64,000 bases of DNA, taken from assembly GCA_964270895.1 (NCBI GenBank), contig OZ185437.1, one strand, 5' to 3'. The position numbers and the translations under genes are program-made. The notes under the pieces were generated by a model. The model made no database searches and had not been told where the DNA came from. It saw only the letters and a list, made by a program, of their open reading frames with translations. The DNA is from Podarcis filfolensis (lineage: Eukaryota). Below are positions 59,770 to 64,000 of the stretch, piece after piece (the stretch's first letter is position 1; every line of letters begins with the position of its first letter).

Positions 59770-62700
59770 AATACGTAATGATATGTCTTTATTTCATCAA
59801 CAGAAATGGTGTCTAGACAAAATTCAGTTAACACTATCAATTCAAATGAATGGAAAGGGTTTTCTTTTTCTTTGCACGATACTGTATTTACAATGAGTAA
59901 ATGACGTCTTAAATTTATTAGTTCATAGCAATGCTGTTTTTTTTCTCCAAAAAGGTAAAAATTCTTAGTAACAAGGAATAAGCATCAACAGCCATTTCAT
60001 TTATACAATATAAATCACAAGAAACCACAGTCACCTAGAAAAAAAATAATAGACAAGCTTAAGAACTAGTACAATAAAATGATGCATTGAATTAAGTTAC
60101 ATTAATCGCATAGAATCTGTGTAAAAAGTATATAGAAAAACACCTGATGCAACTTGTTACAGTCATTGACCAGTTATGAGAGGTACAGAGGATTATACAG
60201 GTAGATATGTGTGAAAACTGTCCATACTGTCTGACCTGGGGAGGAAGAGAAGAGGGATTGCATCCCCTTGCATACACTGATAAAAACCCTGTTTTGAATA
60301 TGGCCTCTGAAGTTTGTAAGGCATATAGTAGAGGTGCACTTGTATCCCACTGGTTCTGGAACAAACTTGGGGTGGTCTCCACCCTTGAAATAAAAAGTTG
60401 ACCCTTGAATTGAATGGCAAAAATCAAGCATCCAAAGATCTCCAAAGTGTTTAGCATAATTTCTGATTGGAGGGATCCAGATATATTCAGTCATATCACA
60501 AGTAGTAAATACACAAGTTTCTGAAGCGCACACATCTTTTTTTTGTGACATTGCAAATGTAAGAGCTTAAACTTGCTTTCAAAACAACACACAGTTCTAT
60601 GGTTAAGTGGGGTGGGTGGGGAAATCCCGATTAGATACTCAGGATGGCTCTCCAAATCTGAACTGACCTATTAAGACAGAGGGCTATGGGAAATCCTAGG
60701 CTGAGTTTCTGACTCAAAATTCCTTCAAATCAATGGATAACTAATTCCAGAATGAGAAACTGAGTCACATTTCAAACTCTGAGCAATGAAAAAAGTCAAT
60801 TTCTGACCAAACTGCTTAAGCTTTTCAGTTCCAAAGGTTGCAGTCCTATGCACACTTAGCCAAGAATAAGTTCTATCAAAAAGGAAGCAAACATGCTGCA
60901 TAAATGTACATATCAATTACCACACTGCATAGGTGTCTAAACTTGTATGTAAACTGGACTTCTATAATAGAGCTGATGTTGTAATAGAGTTAATGACATG
61001 TCCAACAATAAAAGGTATTTAAACCAGTCATAAAATTTTTCTTTTAAGTTTGAGAAGGGAATTTGAATAATTAACGCTCCACCGGAAAAGTGGTTTCCAT
61101 CACAATGGTAGAACCATATGAGTATTATAATTTAAAAACAAACACATATCACTAGTTTTAATTGTGTTTTTTTAAATATATAATATTGGTGGAGTGTAGG
61201 AAAATACTGTAATTCTTTTACACGGCAAGCAATGACATTCTAACTTCCAGAGAAAATTATAATAATTTATTAGTAGTCTACAATCCACCAAACTATAGAT
61301 TTTAATATACATAAAATTGTTTGAATGGACTTAACATATGTACATGTACAACTCTATTCTGCAGCATCATTTGATGCCTGAGTCTTGAAATAATTCAAAT
61401 ATTATAAATATACATAGTATAAACAAGCAAAAGTACACACACTGATTTTATACTGGAGATAGAAATTAGCTACCACATTTTTAGCAAGGTTTCCCTTAGG
61501 CTACATCAAATCCTTTTTTTAAAATTTTTGTCCCTATCCACCTTCTCTAAATAGAATTTTAAAACAGGTACACAATTAAGCTGATGTAACAAAAATAAGG
61601 GGATAAATAAACATAAAACCTTATTATTTGTGTGTGAAGACTACCTCTTGGAGTCATTGGTTTGAGCTGGGTTGGTGAGGCTTGCATAGGCTTATCAATA
61701 CTACCCATTAGGCCAGATGCTCAAGGAACACTCTAGCTTCATCGGCTAAACCTACATGTATTATTTTTATTTATTTTTAAAAGACACCCATGAAGATAAA
61801 TGGTGGAATGAGATTAAAGGCTCTGGAGGTCTCTTTATTTTAGAATTATTCTGACTCTGGCATACAAACTTAAAAAACCCCAAACATATAGCAGTTTGTC
61901 ACAATGCTTACCATATTCCATCTAGGGAAGAATTCGTTTTTGTTTTAAGAGCTCTGAGGAAAACTGAAATTCCACAGATGTAGCTTTTCTCGTCACAGCA
62001 CTGTACTGACGAGAATAACCACACCTGCTGAATACCACAGTGTTCAGAACTCCTGTCAGGGGTGAAAAAAAGGCTGAATGTTTTTCTTTCTTTTTCTTAA
62101 AAAACCTGCCTATATAAGTATGTTGGGTTTATCAAAGTATGCTGGGTTTATTAAAGCTTTTGAAATTAAAAGCTTGGACATGAGTTGAATGTAACCCTTA
62201 ACCACCATATTATCAGCAGCTGAATCTGTTACACTAAGTTTTATCCAACGCCCACACTATTTTTTTTAAAAGAGACAGCAGTTGTAAATACTAATCACAG
62301 TGGTTTGTGTATCCAATGATTTTTTTTTTTTTACTTCCTTGGGAACAAAAATACATGGATTAGATCCAATAAAATAAAATAAAATAAAATAGTGCATCTT
62401 TAAAGCAGCATATATCCTTAGAAAGACATTGAATAATTTACTTGCACAATATATAAAATAATAGTTTTATACTGCAGCATCAAACTCTGACGCCTGAGTC
62501 GTCATATGTTAGGTCTAGAATATAAATATGGGGATGTCTTGGTAACTTGATTGAGTCTTTTTTTTCCTTTTAAACTAGCTCTTTTGTTCCAGAATCAGGT
62601 TGCAATGAACTTCAGTTGTATTCAAGGCACCCCCAAGATAACGCGGAGAAACAAATATATTACATAGTGTAATACTCACCTGACAAAAGCAGAAAAAGCC

Positions 62701-64000
62701 TAAATGAAATGAGGTTTTCTGGCAATACAAAGTATAGCAAAGGCAAATAAAAAGGAGGACTAGTTGCAGACTGGACAAAGCTAAATGCATACTCCTTACA
62801 TGCTCTTTGTATCAGTGCAAAAGCAGTTTCCATCTAGCACAAAACGTCAAACTGAGACAAACCTATTAATTCCTTTATGAATTTTTTATCAATCGAAGGT
62901 ATTTTCTCCTTCTGCATTGTTCAGCAATGCCTACTTATTTATTTTCCAATAGAAGTTTGGTCAGTTATTTATTCAAATGTGTCGCTTCGTGTCCAGTTCT
63001 GAAGCTAATTCTCCTACATGTCTCTCTTGACATTAACCCAAGAGCCACATGTAGTTCTGAAGAACCATACACAATATATAGTCCAATGAAGAAAAATATA
63101 CATATCAGTCATTTGTAAATGGTGAAAAGCTAAACTCATCCTAAAAAGCTTGAAACGATAGACTTATCTGAGCAGTGGACTTTAAAAAATCAGTTTCTCC
63201 AAGAAAAGAAAACAGAAGAAAAAGGTAGAGAGAGGCCCAGCACCAATGAGAGAGCCAGGTCAATACAATAGCTGTGGAACACTATGTTCTGTCAATTGCA
63301 TTTAAACCACTGGAATGAGGTCAAAAGTACCAGTTGCACATGAGTTGGTGTGATAGCAAATCTTCATGTCAGAAAGCTAGCTCAGACTTGGTTGAATACC
63401 CATAAAAACCACAACTAGCTGGAGGTCACTTAAAAATAAAGAAGGCAACAGAAAAAAAACAAAACATTTGAACAATACTGTCGACTGAACGATTACAACA
63501 ACAAAATCTCAAATGCAAAAACCTGGCTTTAAAGCCATAATGCAATTCACATGTAGCTTTAAAAAAAATCTAGCTTCCATCACTGTCCATCTCACAGAAG
63601 TTAAGATTTCTTTGCAAAGCACAGAAGGGCTCTGCAATGTCAACTGATTACAAGTCAATCCCCTCATAGTTGCATATCCCCTAACCCCCTAAAGAGCTTC
63701 TGTTTTCTGCACACAGAATTGTTGCAAGCTTCCAATATAATTAAATAGCTACAAAGCGAGTCAAGGACTTTCTCACCCCTGCGCCAAAACATCCTACAGC
63801 TTGAACTAGCATCCTTATGACATATATAAATAGATGAATAATTAGAGTAAGTTTTTGTTTGTTTTACAGAAATGGTTAATACTTAATTTATAATATTTAA
63901 AAACATAGCAGTTCCAACCTACATAAGAACATCCCTCCCTTCCTAGTAAATAAATGTGGCACATGCAATGGATACGCCTCCTGGTTGGCAGGTAGGTTGC
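59770..64000 (-). other. BACH2: Probable distal 3' UTR of BACH2 (CDS lies beyond the right edge)
   Basis: No credible CDS; AU-rich and nearly free of the MITEs seen elsewhere; minus-strand AATAAA at 59788-59793 and 59914-59919; recalled synteny MDN1-CASP8AP2-GJA10-BACH2 with BACH2 converging on GJA10. Identity is inferred. Confidence 0.6.

Overview
Vertebrate genomic DNA, almost certainly from a squamate. A Sauria SINE and the MITE set suggest a lacertid lizard (inference). The gene order matches the block I recall from human 6q15. (1) MDN1 (midasin, AAA+ ATPase of 60S biogenesis) on the minus strand: 33 coding exons traced by hand from the ATG at 27352 to position 52 (4672 nt, ~1557 codons, splice phases consistent throughout); the gene continues off the left edge. 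(2) CASP8AP2/FLASH on the plus strand, head-to-head with MDN1: 9 coding exons, 6003 nt, 2000 aa, complete. (3) GJA10-type connexin on the plus strand, with an unspliced ORF plus a 12-codon terminal exon 3.7 kb downstream that the ORF track does not show. (4) Probably the long 3' UTR of BACH2 on the minus strand at the right end (assigned from synteny and UTR features; no CDS in the window). Introns hold TA-flanked Tc1/mariner MITEs, hAT MITEs with 8-bp TSDs, SINEs, L2 tails and microsatellites. The most notable observations are a GC-AG intron competing with an intronic poly(A) signal to give two GJA10 C-termini, LDLY changed to LNLF in FLASH, a uORF whose stop overlaps the FLASH start (TAATG), and a GC-AG intron in MDN1. 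I found no convincing wholly new biological system. Protein identities rest on recalled human/mouse sequences, not on a database search.
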